From IMG/VR virus record IMGVR_UViG_3300027763_000037, positions 32,001 through 96,000 of that record: a DNA stretch of 64,000 nt; one strand, written 5' to 3'. The notes beneath the pieces are model-generated. The model saw only the letters and a list, made by a program, of their open reading frames with translations, was not told where the DNA came from and did not search any database. A program made the position numbers and the translations under genes. This document shows positions 29,801-38,207 of the stretch, one piece after another (positions within the stretch are counted from its first letter, which is position 1; every line of letters starts with the position of its first letter). Source of the stretch: a virus.

Positions 29801-32800
29801 AATCACCAAAAGCGTAACCCTTATTCCATTTCTCTGCAGCCCTTGCAATTGAACTTTGTCCCTTTTCTGCTTTTCCTGGTTCTACGTGTGCTGCTTCCAT
29901 TTGAACAAGTCTTGCTATTTTTCCAGAATCTAGGTTTGGATACTTCTCTTGCATATAAGCCTTTAACTTAGAAACTTCTCCTTGTGCTCCAAGGGCTTTG
30001 TTCTTTGCTTCTGTCTCTGCTAATACTGCCTTATACTCTTTGTACCCTTCAATATTATTAGATTTAAATCCACCAGCAGCCTTTGTTGGTCCACCAATTG
30101 TTAATCGCTCTTTTAATTTACTCCAGTTAGCAAACGATCCATCTGATACTCTCTTACCCTTTTGAGAATCAATATCAAAAAGATACCTCATACTTTGTTT
30201 TAGATGATCAACAGTTGCGCCTTTTTCTCCTTTACGACCAGTAAAGATTAGTCCATCTGGGCCTTGAACTGTTTGGGCTGCCAAGTTCTTAAGGAATAGT
30301 GGTTTCTTTTTTCTCCAGGCTTCTCTTGTTTTTTCTGTAATTTCTGGGCTACGAACAAGGTCGTCCATATATCTTTCAATGTCAACAACGTGTGGAGGCA
30401 TAGCCTTTGCTTGTGTTGGGCCATCTGGAATAACTCCAGCCATGCGACCACTTACCCAAAAATCTTGATTAGCGTGTCCTGACTGTCTCTTTTTTAATTG
30501 TTGCTCTTCAAACTTTTTAATAATCTGTGCTGCTGTTGCTTGCTTTGGTGTTGAAGGTTTGACTGCAGAATGAACTGCGTGATATTGTGACCAATCAACC
30601 TTTAGACCCTCTTCAAGTCTTTTGATCATTCCATTGTAGACAACTTTTTCATCTTTATTTAATGAGAACCCCTTTACGGTTTGTCTTAGTTTTGGAAGAA
30701 CTGTTTCAATCTCTTTTCGCATTGCAGTGTTATATTCTGCTGCGGTCATACCCTTTGGAATTGGTAATGTTGATTCAGCAAAGAACCTTCTTGCCCCACC
30801 CTTTTCTCCCAACAGATTAATATTGGCCATCTTTTCCATTGAAAGCATATCTTTTGGTTTTGCATAATCTCTTAAACCAGAAGCCATCTTAAATACTCCA
30901 GCAGTTCCTACATCTGCAAGTTTGTTACCAGATAGGTTTCCTCCGTGTAAATCTTTGTCTCCTCTTAGATTTGCTGCTACTAACTGTTTAAAATATTCAT
31001 CCTTGCTAAACTTACCACCCATATTCTTTTCAGCAAATTTAGGATCAAATGGGGATTCAAGAACAATAATTTTTCTTTTTCCAGAAGGATCTAAGGGATC
31101 ACGCATTGTTCTGACAGTTTGTACTGGTGTATCAAGACCGTGTGCTTGTCTTGCTATTATGGTTGCTCTTTGTTCTGCAAGGGCAGCCTTTTCGTCCATC
31201 ATTGGTTTTACAAATACTTTATCTCCATTTGGCTTTTGATACATACCGCCAATACCAGGAACTGGGAAACTTCTTCCAGATGAGTCTGCAATTTTTCTAC
31301 CAAAGTCAGTTGGGGCCATTGATCCAAATCTACTATTTTTTGCTGCTTCTGCAACTTGCTTTAGTGTTAACTCTTGCTGCATTCTCTTTGTTACTGCATC
31401 AAAAGACTTTGGCATTCCTAAAAATAGTGGTTGAGAAGAAGATTGAGATTTTCTATATGCATCAATTTGTGGTTTAATCCAAGGGTACCTTGCTAAATTT
31501 CTTTCATGTTGTGCTTGGCGTCTTGCATCTTGTGCTTTTCTCAGTGACTCTAGTTGAGGAGATAGCGGTTTTACTTGAGGCCCTAGTTTTGCTGCTGGCA
31601 ACTTTCCAGCCATATGTCCTGGAACACTATCGGTAAATATTGCCTTAAGAAGTCCATGATGCTTTTCAGTTAACTTTGCTGGAATAACTGCTTCACCTGG
31701 AGCAAGCATTGCTGGTTGAATATCTCCAGCACCCTTTGGTCCTGGAACTGTTAGAACTCCGTCTTTATACTTTCTTATTTTTAGTCCAGCCTTGGCTGCA
31801 TTTGCTCCTGCTTTGCCACCTGTAAAAAGTCCAGGGCTTGATGCTGCAAGAGTTCTTGCTTGGGATGCTGCTGTCTGATAAGCCCTTCCAAGTGATTCTA
31901 CAGATGCTCTTTCTACTCCAAATACCTGAATAAGTTTTTGGTGAGCACCGTGAAGTGCGTTAGACTGTACTGTATTTTCAAGTTGATCTTGAGTTAAATA
32001 GTCAAACCCTGAACCAAGTAACTTAGTCTGACCATTTAGTTTAGCAATTCCGCCACGAAGCATTGCAAAGAATTTAATAACGTTTGCAACGCCGTTAGCA
32101 AGTAAACCAAATGTCATAAGAACTACTGGTCCTATTCCACCAAGCACTGCAAGCATGATGGTTACAAACTTCTTTGTTCCATCACTAAGATTATTAAACT
32201 TCTCCATTAACCCGCCAAAGAATTTAACTACTGGAGTAAGGGCTTCTAGGAATGCCTTTCCTAAAGGCATTATTTCTACTTTAAACTTTTCAATTGCTGC
32301 CTGGAATTTTACTCCAACAGCATCTTCAACCTTTCCTAATTCTCGCTCAGACAGGATTGCAAGATCTTGAACAGATGCTCCAGCAAGTGCCAATGTTCTG
32401 CTTGCTTGTGATCCATCTGCTGTAATATTCTGGAACAAAGTTGATAGACGGGCAAACTGGAACTTGCCAAACATCTGCTCAATTGCTCTTGCACGGTTAA
32501 GAGGATCAAGAGTATCAAGTGCTTGTGCAAAACCAATAACCGTATTCTTTAAGTTTCCAGCATTTTGCTCAACAATTCCATCTATATTAATGCCCATACC
32601 AGCAAGCATTGCTGAGGCTTTTGCTGTTGGATTAATTAATGCTGCAAGACCAGACTTAAGTGCGTTAGCACCTTCTGATGCATTAATTCCACCTTCCTTC
32701 ATTGCAGTAAGGAAGAAAGCAAGATCTTCTACAGAACCACCAAGTTGCTTAACAACTGGTGCTGCTTTAGGGATGGCAATTGTTAAATCTTCAATAGAAA

Positions 32801-33821
32801 GTACTGTCTGGTTTTCTACTGCGTTAAGGAAGTCAATTTTCTTTGCAAGATCTTCTGCTGCAATGCCAAATGAGTTAGTTAATGAAATTGTTGTTTCAAG
32901 TGCTTGCTGTTGATCAACTTGACCAAGAACTGCTAACTTAGTTGCTGTCTTTACTTGCTCTTCAAGTGCTTTGCCAGAAAAACCTGCAGCAGCAGCCTTG
33001 GCTGCCATTGCCATTGTGTCTTTTACTGATAGACCAAACTTTGTGTACTCAACACCAATTCGTTTAATATTTTCAACTGCTGTATTTGCCTCTGCGTCAG
33101 AGGTCATCATGTTTCCATAAACACGCCTAAAGTTAACTGTTTCTTTTTCTAGTTCTCTAAAAGCCTTCGATGCTGCACCCATAAACATCATTAATGGTAT
33201 TGTCAAACCAACCATTAACTGACGACCAGCCCACTGCATATTCTTACCGTAGTTTAAAAGGCTAGTAGAGCCTTGCTTTAGTAATTGATTAAGAAGTTGT
33301 TGTCTTTGTGCTGCGTACTGTATGCGTGTACCAAGTTCTGTAAACTTACCATTAGTCATTGCAAGGGTTCTTGGCATTACCCTGATCGCATCGACAAGCC
33401 CTCCGTTAGCCTTTGCCAACTGAATATACTGAGACTGAATTGCCTTTACTCTGTCACGTCTTGCACGGTTAAAGATTTCACGCTCTGCTGCAAAAGCACG
33501 ACTAAGAACCTTAGTATTGGCAGTTGCAGCAGCAGCGGAATATCTGAAGTATTGCTTAAGGCTTAACTGGTTTTTTTCTAGTGCAGAGGTGAAAGCATGT
33601 GTACTAGTTTGCGCCCTAATCTGACTTGCAGAAAACTGCCCAGTCGAATTTATAGACTGGAGCATCGCAGCATTTAAACCCTTTTGGGCATTTGCTGCTG
33701 CAACGTTACCTTGTGCTAGGGATTGATGAAATTTACTAAGTGCTCCTTGGAGTCTACGCAACTCTGCCAGCGCACCTGCGGTGTCAAAATGTATACCTAT
33801 GTTAGCATTTACATCAGACAC
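23838..33821 (-). CDS. Tape measure protein (TP901-type core) with inserted kinase-like domain
   Basis: 3327 aa, helical Ala/Lys-rich; TP901-like core (AVENQT...GINASEGANALKSGL); TM-like segments; coiled coil; DxxPAMLxPGExV motifs; follows tail chaperones. Confidence 0.93.
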   Translation of the reverse strand: MSDVNANIGIHFDTAGALAELRRLQGALSKFHQSLAQGNVAAANAQKGLNAAMLQSINSTGQFSASQIRAQTSTHAFTSALEKNQLSLKQYFRYSAAAATANTKVLSRAFAAEREIFNRARRDRVKAIQSQYIQLAKANGGLVDAIRVMPRTLAMTNGKFTELGTRIQYAAQRQQLLNQLLKQGSTSLLNYGKNMQWAGRQLMVGLTIPLMMFMGAASKAFRELEKETVNFRRVYGNMMTSDAEANTAVENIKRIGVEYTKFGLSVKDTMAMAAKAAAAGFSGKALEEQVKTATKLAVLGQVDQQQALETTISLTNSFGIAAEDLAKKIDFLNAVENQTVLSIEDLTIAIPKAAPVVKQLGGSVEDLAFFLTAMKEGGINASEGANALKSGLAALINPTAKASAMLAGMGINIDGIVEQNAGNLKNTVIGFAQALDTLDPLNRARAIEQMFGKFQFARLSTLFQNITADGSQASRTLALAGASVQDLAILSERELGKVEDAVGVKFQAAIEKFKVEIMPLGKAFLEALTPVVKFFGGLMEKFNNLSDGTKKFVTIMLAVLGGIGPVVLMTFGLLANGVANVIKFFAMLRGGIAKLNGQTKLLGSGFDYLTQDQLENTVQSNALHGAHQKLIQVFGVERASVESLGRAYQTAASQARTLAASSPGLFTGGKAGANAAKAGLKIRKYKDGVLTVPGPKGAGDIQPAMLAPGEAVIPAKLTEKHHGLLKAIFTDSVPGHMAGKLPAAKLGPQVKPLSPQLESLRKAQDARRQAQHERNLARYPWIKPQIDAYRKSQSSSQPLFLGMPKSFDAVTKRMQQELTLKQVAEAAKNSRFGSMAPTDFGRKIADSSGRSFPVPGIGGMYQKPNGDKVFVKPMMDEKAALAEQRATIIARQAHGLDTPVQTVRTMRDPLDPSGKRKIIVLESPFDPKFAEKNMGGKFSKDEYFKQLVAANLRGDKDLHGGNLSGNKLADVGTAGVFKMASGLRDYAKPKDMLSMEKMANINLLGEKGGARRFFAESTLPIPKGMTAAEYNTAMRKEIETVLPKLRQTVKGFSLNKDEKVVYNGMIKRLEEGLKVDWSQYHAVHSAVKPSTPKQATAAQIIKKFEEQQLKKRQSGHANQDFWVSGRMAGVIPDGPTQAKAMPPHVVDIERYMDDLVRSPEITEKTREAWRKKKPLFLKNLAAQTVQGPDGLIFTGRKGEKGATVDHLKQSMRYLFDIDSQKGKRVSDGSFANWSKLKERLTIGGPTKAAGGFKSNNIEGYKEYKAVLAETEAKNKALGAQGEVSKLKAYMQEKYPNLDSGKIARLVQMEAAHVEPGKAEKGQSSIARAAEKWNKGYAFGDLGAVNNYLTEKRTSNLIAWDKKYGNLLGTNSGEYNAAARFLATGRHPVTAQEAMLVSKAAELELKAHALLETKKAPPGLSGMINPETKYAAEAAKFILDERTGKGKTFYDDIKKYKQLIDLRLNKRTGEFILATPGEGLRDNKTGKIKEIKPTSGKAKTGTVKRVGGTADDTRVIKQPAGTTVVPKKDMPRQTMRVRGKAKGDTWIEKRVALQKAGATEAQLAQALRDHEKLQEKARAASLKAAQDKAAAEAKAARTAEMRANEEKNRADRERRAELTKQREEEAAARKQKAENKQTRKLNLAARQERVGKVAGPAAGALGAVAMGAMMGGADAKVTTGLFAASAVAGMLPMLMNPWQAAAVALTAVVGAVWLYKKSMDNARKEGVALGNSMSMTTDKLIEISKITKTVSATESANKRRADMASGVDAETRKSGQTYLTSAPGKALLEDINVQAKNGSSQQDIGKNIATQLGVAITQGVITMDQARSIASALGEQLGSYTIPAVITGELSELLGPNGQDLLKDPLIVIAKLQQNAMDQQKVAFDNAVATKGGFSAEKLSSNNALKAAPVVAATSIAALAAANIWNPVGWGLAVASIGLFAKGMWDANKASQEKAKLDSAAVQMAIANLESGNNSIDALNKQYDIKLSMAKTDKERAIIEKDRARDLALLTAQNKTNLETLVAQKDVIGATAFNDAVKVSVGERYKDSSSAMKTFADNSVTRLEGMKDSTFKSVLQLELGAGSIDPFVAIRLADLAENSETFVTNFELLVGVTGSSAEANVVMQMLMKGGATDTTIETTVAYISAPENKANIKENTEAINILSNMKAKYGTTVDMNVDGINKIKKVAAFKKTLDKITGPNGKPKTILTKLEVQQKADAGDQTMKDILAQWNMLVGADGTQITTTMMMDFVASGDSNVIDAYLAAKGINTAGMPREFINKTYGVAAQAWNVGNAKGANAGPKIPGVDPLKEKAERAATPIDDLMTRLKNVRLAAIDAEGGIKALFKAVSGGQIGNKFNGIQQQLMGMKSGKPTQATDPTKGYNGQFIDWFTGLDKTEQAKYGKVATKKVKSGKNKGRVIDPNDPKGKKLLKDGAKVGDLVLNKAGKEVAAGFNKAIIGDFNVAQIQTIRNFDQQSIVMKKLAALGMTNTQIQRVLSDEAYTTAIATGQITDEELKINNALAVQADTRDKINNIVSQGARARQENADMARRQELQAFLASSGLSRGISEGAMTDALGDPEQLSTLLAAMDAVKNKTAGANASLQDVVDSLNEIKKNSDIKVNITKTVSEIIMGGASAAQEALGIKSRLRSRMTGSELGAYVSEKGTRPDGTTYGGENVGAKAIANVAAKMIDPATKKAYTSESLTKLLGNKTQASVGKERSLVASQMNVANANMAQIQTKFDNISKSMNDAVDAVNKEYDDKEKDVQDRINKLQKDADKSISDKEDQIKKDFDDPIKKYQDQSNVLSHDLSLIDKAAEDINKKYDLQAEALQNVLSINERISREQQQQLGLADALSSGDISAAAAAVQDIRSANAADFGNAQMDGLNQSRENDVNALTNKDGKTRSQILEEQYVISEQIYALENNPQRLILEQAIAKEKLDLENGLAKLRKEQDDLEPARQAAIAAAKLAKEAELKAVQAEMDAQQAIVTALAEQDASLAIQEAALIAINAELDDVETFAGLTADDWERIQLAAEATAEAMEKRMKDAIAAIAESTAKGAKSMADILRDINLLPSSKTIEIFTKEYKTVYVNTVATTTTVTAPTPTPTDTPTPQPGKAWISDGKGGWKKPTKPVGDYGWSDTNGWVKGYAGEDTNGSTDSAAEANMRANAVAATSAANAEAAANALAAAQADYDALMAGVARLRADGDNGLANAAMNRITAKYPKGRPVKLSSGGFIDVARFLNGGFSVGTDTVPAMLTPGEFVMSKYAVDSYGVDRMKAINNGDSIGDSVYNYSINVNVKSDSNPDEIAKTVIAQIKGIDAQKIRGNRL

Positions 33822-33850
33822 TGTTCATAACACCCCTTTTCATTTTTTGT

Positions 33851-34174
33851 CTATCGAATTGAATTTACAATATTTGCTGTATCACCAAGATTGATTCCTG
33901 CTGCTACTTCAATAATTTTGTATACCGTTGGAAGATCTAAGATTTCTTCTAGGTTTTCTCTATCTTCTGCGATATCTGCCTTGTACTGCTTTAGGGCAAT
34001 CTGTACGCAATCAACTAATACATCCATTGACTTTTCGTTATCATCTGCCACTGTCGCCAATTCTCCAAAGCGCTTCATGAAAGGCTTAAGAAGAGACAGT
34101 TTAAGTGGTCTTACTTCAATCGTTGTTCCATCAAGAAATGATATTTCATTTTTCTCTTGAGTCTTTGCTGCCAT
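33851..34174 (-). CDS. Tail assembly chaperone (short, G-like)
   Basis: Immediately before TMP; homologous to the N-terminal half of the adjacent gene. Confidence 0.7.
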   Translation of the reverse strand: MAAKTQEKNEISFLDGTTIEVRPLKLSLLKPFMKRFGELATVADDNEKSMDVLVDCVQIALKQYKADIAEDRENLEEILDLPTVYKIIEVAAGINLGDTANIVNSIR

Positions 34175-34201
34175 TGTATTTCCCCCTTGTGGTAGTAATT
34201 A

Positions 34202-34210
34202 ATTATACCA
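34202..34210 (-). promoter_or_regulatory. Extended -10 for short chaperone/TMP operon
   Basis: TGGTATAAT in the intergenic gap. Confidence 0.7.
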
Positions 34211-34231
34211 CGCTGAGAGCCTATTTTTTGA

Positions 34232-34912
34232 CTAAATTGTTTCGTACTCTAGACCCATATTTATACCAAAACCAGCCTGCTTTGCCTTTATTCCTTGATA
34301 AGAAAGGATATCATTTGCATCTTTTGCTTCACCTTTACTAAATACTCTTGACTTCATTTCTTCCCATTCATCTTTTTTGCCAAGACTCTTGTCTAAATCT
34401 ACACCTTGCATTGCTGCTAAAAACTTGTTGTGTCGATATTCCTGGTCTCTTTTTGCTGCCAAGGTAGCAGACAGTTCTGGCATTGACAAAGATAGTTCTA
34501 GTTCTTCGTAGTCTTTCCATATACCAAGAAGAAACACTTCTGATTCTAATGCTGCAAGATCTAAGCCTTCCCAAGATGTACCGCTTTCTTTTGCCTGCTC
34601 TACAACTGGCTCTTCTTCTTTTTCGTTTATTTTAATTCCAGCAGCAATGGCTAGTACTTCATACACAGTTGGCATATCTAAATTATCCTGTACATCTTCT
34701 ATACTATTAGATATTTTAGGATAGTACTGTTTCATAGATATTCTTACGCACTCTGATAATGCTTCCATACCTTCTTCATCATTTTTAGATTCCTTGACAA
34801 CTTCAAAAGCAATCATAAACTCTCTTAAGTATTTTATTTTTAATGGAGAAACCTCAACAGGAGTATCATCAATTAAATGAATAGTCAAAGAGTCGTATAT
34901 TTTTGTTGTCAT
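34232..34912 (-). CDS. Tail assembly chaperone (long, GT-like)
   Basis: Between major tail and TMP; start MTTKIY 6 nt after TGGTATACT. Confidence 0.7.
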   Translation of the reverse strand: MTTKIYDSLTIHLIDDTPVEVSPLKIKYLREFMIAFEVVKESKNDEEGMEALSECVRISMKQYYPKISNSIEDVQDNLDMPTVYEVLAIAAGIKINEKEEEPVVEQAKESGTSWEGLDLAALESEVFLLGIWKDYEELELSLSMPELSATLAAKRDQEYRHNKFLAAMQGVDLDKSLGKKDEWEEMKSRVFSKGEAKDANDILSYQGIKAKQAGFGINMGLEYETI

Positions 34913-34918
34913 AAAACA

Positions 34919-34927
34919 AGTATACCA
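34919..34927 (-). promoter_or_regulatory. Extended -10, leaderless
   Basis: TGGTATACT 6 nt before ATG 34912. Confidence 0.7.
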
Positions 34928-34959
34928 AACAGAAAAGCCCAATCTCGAAAGACTGGGCT
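34927..34959 (-). terminator. Intrinsic terminator after major tail gene
   Basis: AGCCCAGUCU-UUCG-AGAUUGGGCU hairpin followed by UUUCUGUUU. Confidence 0.85.
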
Positions 34960-34979
34960 ATCTGCTTTATTAAGTTGTA

Positions 34980-35597
34980 TTATCGTGTGCGGTCTACGAT
35001 CTTACCGTATGAACCGTCGTTGTTTGGTAGCAAACGGAATGAAACTTCAAACATTGAAGCCTCGTCACGCTTTGATGATACAGAAACATTCTCAATTGAG
35101 ATTGCACGGTATGCTGAGTAAATACGCTCAACTTCCTTGTCTGCTCCACCATAACCTGAACCTACTGCAATAAGACCACGCTCAACTGGGACATCGCCCA
35201 AGTCTCCTGCAGAAATATCAAGTTCGACAGCATCTTCATCAGTTGAATCTAGATCTGTTTCTGGACGAGCAATTGCAATGAGCAAGTTTTCTAGAGTTGC
35301 CTCTGCGAAAGATGTTGCCATTGTTACCTGCATGCCCTGCTTAAATAGTTTTGCTACGTCAAGAACCTGATCCACGTTAACTTCACCGAAGTCTGGTTGG
35401 AACTGTAGTTCTAGTCCGTTGCTTGTATAACCAACATTTGTAAAACCTGTTGGACCTGAAGTTGCTGATAGTGTATCAACATACTTTGTCCCAGGTACGA
35501 ATGCTGGTGTTGTTGCCATAGTTCCAGTTGCGTTCTTTACGAACAGTGCTGCTGCACCAACAATAATGTTGCTGGAATTACCTTTTGTATATGCCAT
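34980..35597 (-). CDS. Major tail (tube) protein
   Basis: NIIVGAA.LF, VGYTSNGLE, VDQ, FAEATLENL; strong RBS and own terminator. Confidence 0.85.
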   Translation of the reverse strand: MAYTKGNSSNIIVGAAALFVKNATGTMATTPAFVPGTKYVDTLSATSGPTGFTNVGYTSNGLELQFQPDFGEVNVDQVLDVAKLFKQGMQVTMATSFAEATLENLLIAIARPETDLDSTDEDAVELDISAGDLGDVPVERGLIAVGSGYGGADKEVERIYSAYRAISIENVSVSSKRDEASMFEVSFRLLPNNDGSYGKIVDRTR

Positions 35598-35668
35598 GCT
35601 TCCACCTCTTTTTCCTTGTTAGAATTTGAAGCGCTTGTTTCCTCGCTCCTATTATATCACTATTTTTA

Positions 35669-36190
35669 CTAGTCTGATTTGTGCCAGTCGTAGTCGATGA
35701 TCATCTTATTCCCCGCATATGTTCTGGCTGTTCCAAAATCAATGATATCTCTTACTTCTTCTAGTTGATAGATCTTAAAATGATGAAAGAATACAGGCTT
35801 AGATTCTGCTGACCATAGTCCTACATTTTCTCTTGCCCAGTTGTTAATTTCTTCTGCAGACTCATCTCCAGAGTCTAGTAGGTCGCTAACATACTGCTGG
35901 ATGTGAACCATTTGCTCCTGTGGAAGCATTGTTGCATTACCTGTAGCATAAAAGTAGTATAAGACCTGCTCACACTTTATATGTGGAAATGGGCCTCTAC
36001 GCATTCTAAACATTCTGTCATATACCGCAAAAAGTCCATTGCTGTTTGGAAAAGTCTGTGTCAAAGAGTCAATGTCTGTTGGAAGAGTTGGAAAGAAATA
36101 TGTTGCCTCTCCAGTTCCAAATCTTTCATCTATCTTTGCTGCAAGATACTTATTGATTATACTTGGTGGATGATGTATTAGTGCTGACAT
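35669..36190 (-). CDS. Putative tail terminator
   Basis: Position before major tail gene, size. Confidence 0.5.
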   Translation of the reverse strand: MSALIHHPPSIINKYLAAKIDERFGTGEATYFFPTLPTDIDSLTQTFPNSNGLFAVYDRMFRMRRGPFPHIKCEQVLYYFYATGNATMLPQEQMVHIQQYVSDLLDSGDESAEEINNWARENVGLWSAESKPVFFHHFKIYQLEEVRDIIDFGTARTYAGNKMIIDYDWHKSD

Positions 36191-36867
36191 TATTTAACTC
36201 CTATCAAACTTGCATTAGCAATCCAGCGATACCCTGTTTTTATCCCTTGAGATCTTCCAGACTTGCTTCCTGCTGGCAGATCTTTTTTGTATGCTTTTGG
36301 ATATTTAAACTGTTTAGATAAACCACTTGTTTTTAAAAATGATTGACGGAAATATACTCCAAAGAATTCATTGATTACTTTTTCAAACTGACCCTTTGTT
36401 TCTCCTCCAGGATTGGTAACTACAACTGGGTTTGATGTAAATATTTGCTCTCCGTCAATATCAAAAGACAGAACGTTTGCTTTCTTTGGCTTAATTGTTA
36501 CGGGAAGACCTGCTTCCATAATCTTTGCTTTGTCAGAAAATGGAACGTTAGAACCTTCTTTTATAGATGTTGATTGGCGTAGATTTGATTTAAAAGAAAT
36601 TCCAAGAGGACTAATTGTATAGTCTATGTCAAACAATCTTGCTTTTGGACTACCAGTCAGTGTCCATTCATAAACGTGGTGTAAAAGTTCTGGGGTAACT
36701 CTAGCATTTGAATCAATATACTGTGAAGCAAGTTCAACAATCTGTGGGGCTAAGTCATTAAATAATTGCGTCTTTCCTTTTTGAACTCCATCTAGAAATC
36801 CAAAAGAATAAGACATAATGTTGTCCATTTCTTTTTTAAATCTTTTACTTTCTGTAGTAACTCTCAT
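36190..36867 (-). CDS. Putative neck/tail completion protein
   Basis: Position; LHHVYEW and TIKPKKANVLSF motifs. Confidence 0.5.
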   Translation of the reverse strand: MRVTTESKRFKKEMDNIMSYSFGFLDGVQKGKTQLFNDLAPQIVELASQYIDSNARVTPELLHHVYEWTLTGSPKARLFDIDYTISPLGISFKSNLRQSTSIKEGSNVPFSDKAKIMEAGLPVTIKPKKANVLSFDIDGEQIFTSNPVVVTNPGGETKGQFEKVINEFFGVYFRQSFLKTSGLSKQFKYPKAYKKDLPAGSKSGRSQGIKTGYRWIANASLIGVK

Positions 36868-37313
36868 AGGTCACCTGTTTGATTTTCTGATCTACGAATA
36901 ATTATTCTATAGTATTCAATACTGCCAAAGGCTCCAGTTACAGGTTCAAATGTTGCAATTTCAAATAGTGTTGGCTTTCCAACTCTCGGTCCAGATGTTT
37001 CAAGAAATATTCTGTTTCCAGTTTGATCCGAAATATCTGTAAGCAATATGTTTGTCATTGCCTGAGCATCTTCTCTGCTTGAAAAACGAATATCGCTTTT
37101 TGTTCTTCCAACCAGAATTGAGTTTGTTGTTATGTTTACATTAGGCTTAACTTCTTCTTTAAATGCTGATCCGCCAGATGTGAAGTTGCAGGCTACTGTT
37201 CTGTCTAATATCCATTGCTTTTTAATTGCTCCATAATTTCCTTGCTCAACTATTGGGTAGTATAAAGACGCTTGCATTGGAAACATGAAGTCTGGATCTT
37301 CGCACACGGCCAT
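36864..37313 (-). CDS. Putative head-to-tail stopper
   Basis: Beta-rich, size and position. Confidence 0.55.
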   Translation of the reverse strand: MAVCEDPDFMFPMQASLYYPIVEQGNYGAIKKQWILDRTVACNFTSGGSAFKEEVKPNVNITTNSILVGRTKSDIRFSSREDAQAMTNILLTDISDQTGNRIFLETSGPRVGKPTLFEIATFEPVTGAFGSIEYYRIIIRRSENQTGDL

Positions 37314-38206
37314 TATAAAACCCCAATTTTTTTAATAGACTTAGCATACTTTGAAAGTATCTTGTCTACAATTATATTTCCTGTTCCCTCAAAAAGACCT
37401 TTATCAAATTGTATTTTAAATTGGTCTGTATTATATGATGAAATATATCTTTTATAGTAGTCTAATTTTCCACAATCAATATCATGAATTAACATCTCTG
37501 TAGCACGTCTTATGTCTGATGGAACAGTCTCGTATCCGTGCTCAATAACAAATCTATAATCCCAACCTCTTGCAAACCCACGATAAATAAATGTTGTATC
37601 AATTGTATCTGATTGTCCAGCAGGAATAATAATTGGAGCGCCTTCCATTCTGTCAATTAAGTCTGAAGAAGACTCGACAATTGCAGACTTGTCTGGAGTT
37701 ACAGAATAAGATCTGTCTTCAACAAGAACATTATTTTCATATACTGATAAAATTTTCTTTACATTATCCCAGACTGGGACATAGTCAGAACCATTTCCAG
37801 ATACCTCTAAAACCTTTTTTTCATAGTAAAATCCATCTTGGATCACTGAATCAATTACTGCTCTTGCAATTTCTTCTTTTAGGGCATACTCAGCAATTTC
37901 GGATGCAGTTGTTCCGTTGTCTTCTGGGTTTGAGTATGGTCTAATTATTTCATAAAACTCTTCGTAAACTAAATTTGTAGCATCAGAACTATCATTGGCA
38001 AAAACTTCTACTTTATAGTCATTATCATATCTTCCTGAAACTGATGAGGATAGTCTTACTCCTGTTTGAGGATTTGAATATGTTGTTTCTGTTACTGAAA
38101 GATCCGCCATATCTATTACTTTTACAACAAAGTCGTCAGACCCAATTGGCACCAAATAGTGCTCTATAAAAATAACATCATATGGCGGAACTCTCAATAT
38201 TTCCAT
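37313..38206 (-). CDS. Head-to-tail adaptor
   Basis: GYETVPSDIRRAT...TGNIIVDKILSKY adaptor motifs. Confidence 0.7.
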   Translation of the reverse strand: MEILRVPPYDVIFIEHYLVPIGSDDFVVKVIDMADLSVTETTYSNPQTGVRLSSSVSGRYDNDYKVEVFANDSSDATNLVYEEFYEIIRPYSNPEDNGTTASEIAEYALKEEIARAVIDSVIQDGFYYEKKVLEVSGNGSDYVPVWDNVKKILSVYENNVLVEDRSYSVTPDKSAIVESSSDLIDRMEGAPIIIPAGQSDTIDTTFIYRGFARGWDYRFVIEHGYETVPSDIRRATEMLIHDIDCGKLDYYKRYISSYNTDQFKIQFDKGLFEGTGNIIVDKILSKYAKSIKKIGVL

Positions 38207-38207
38207 A

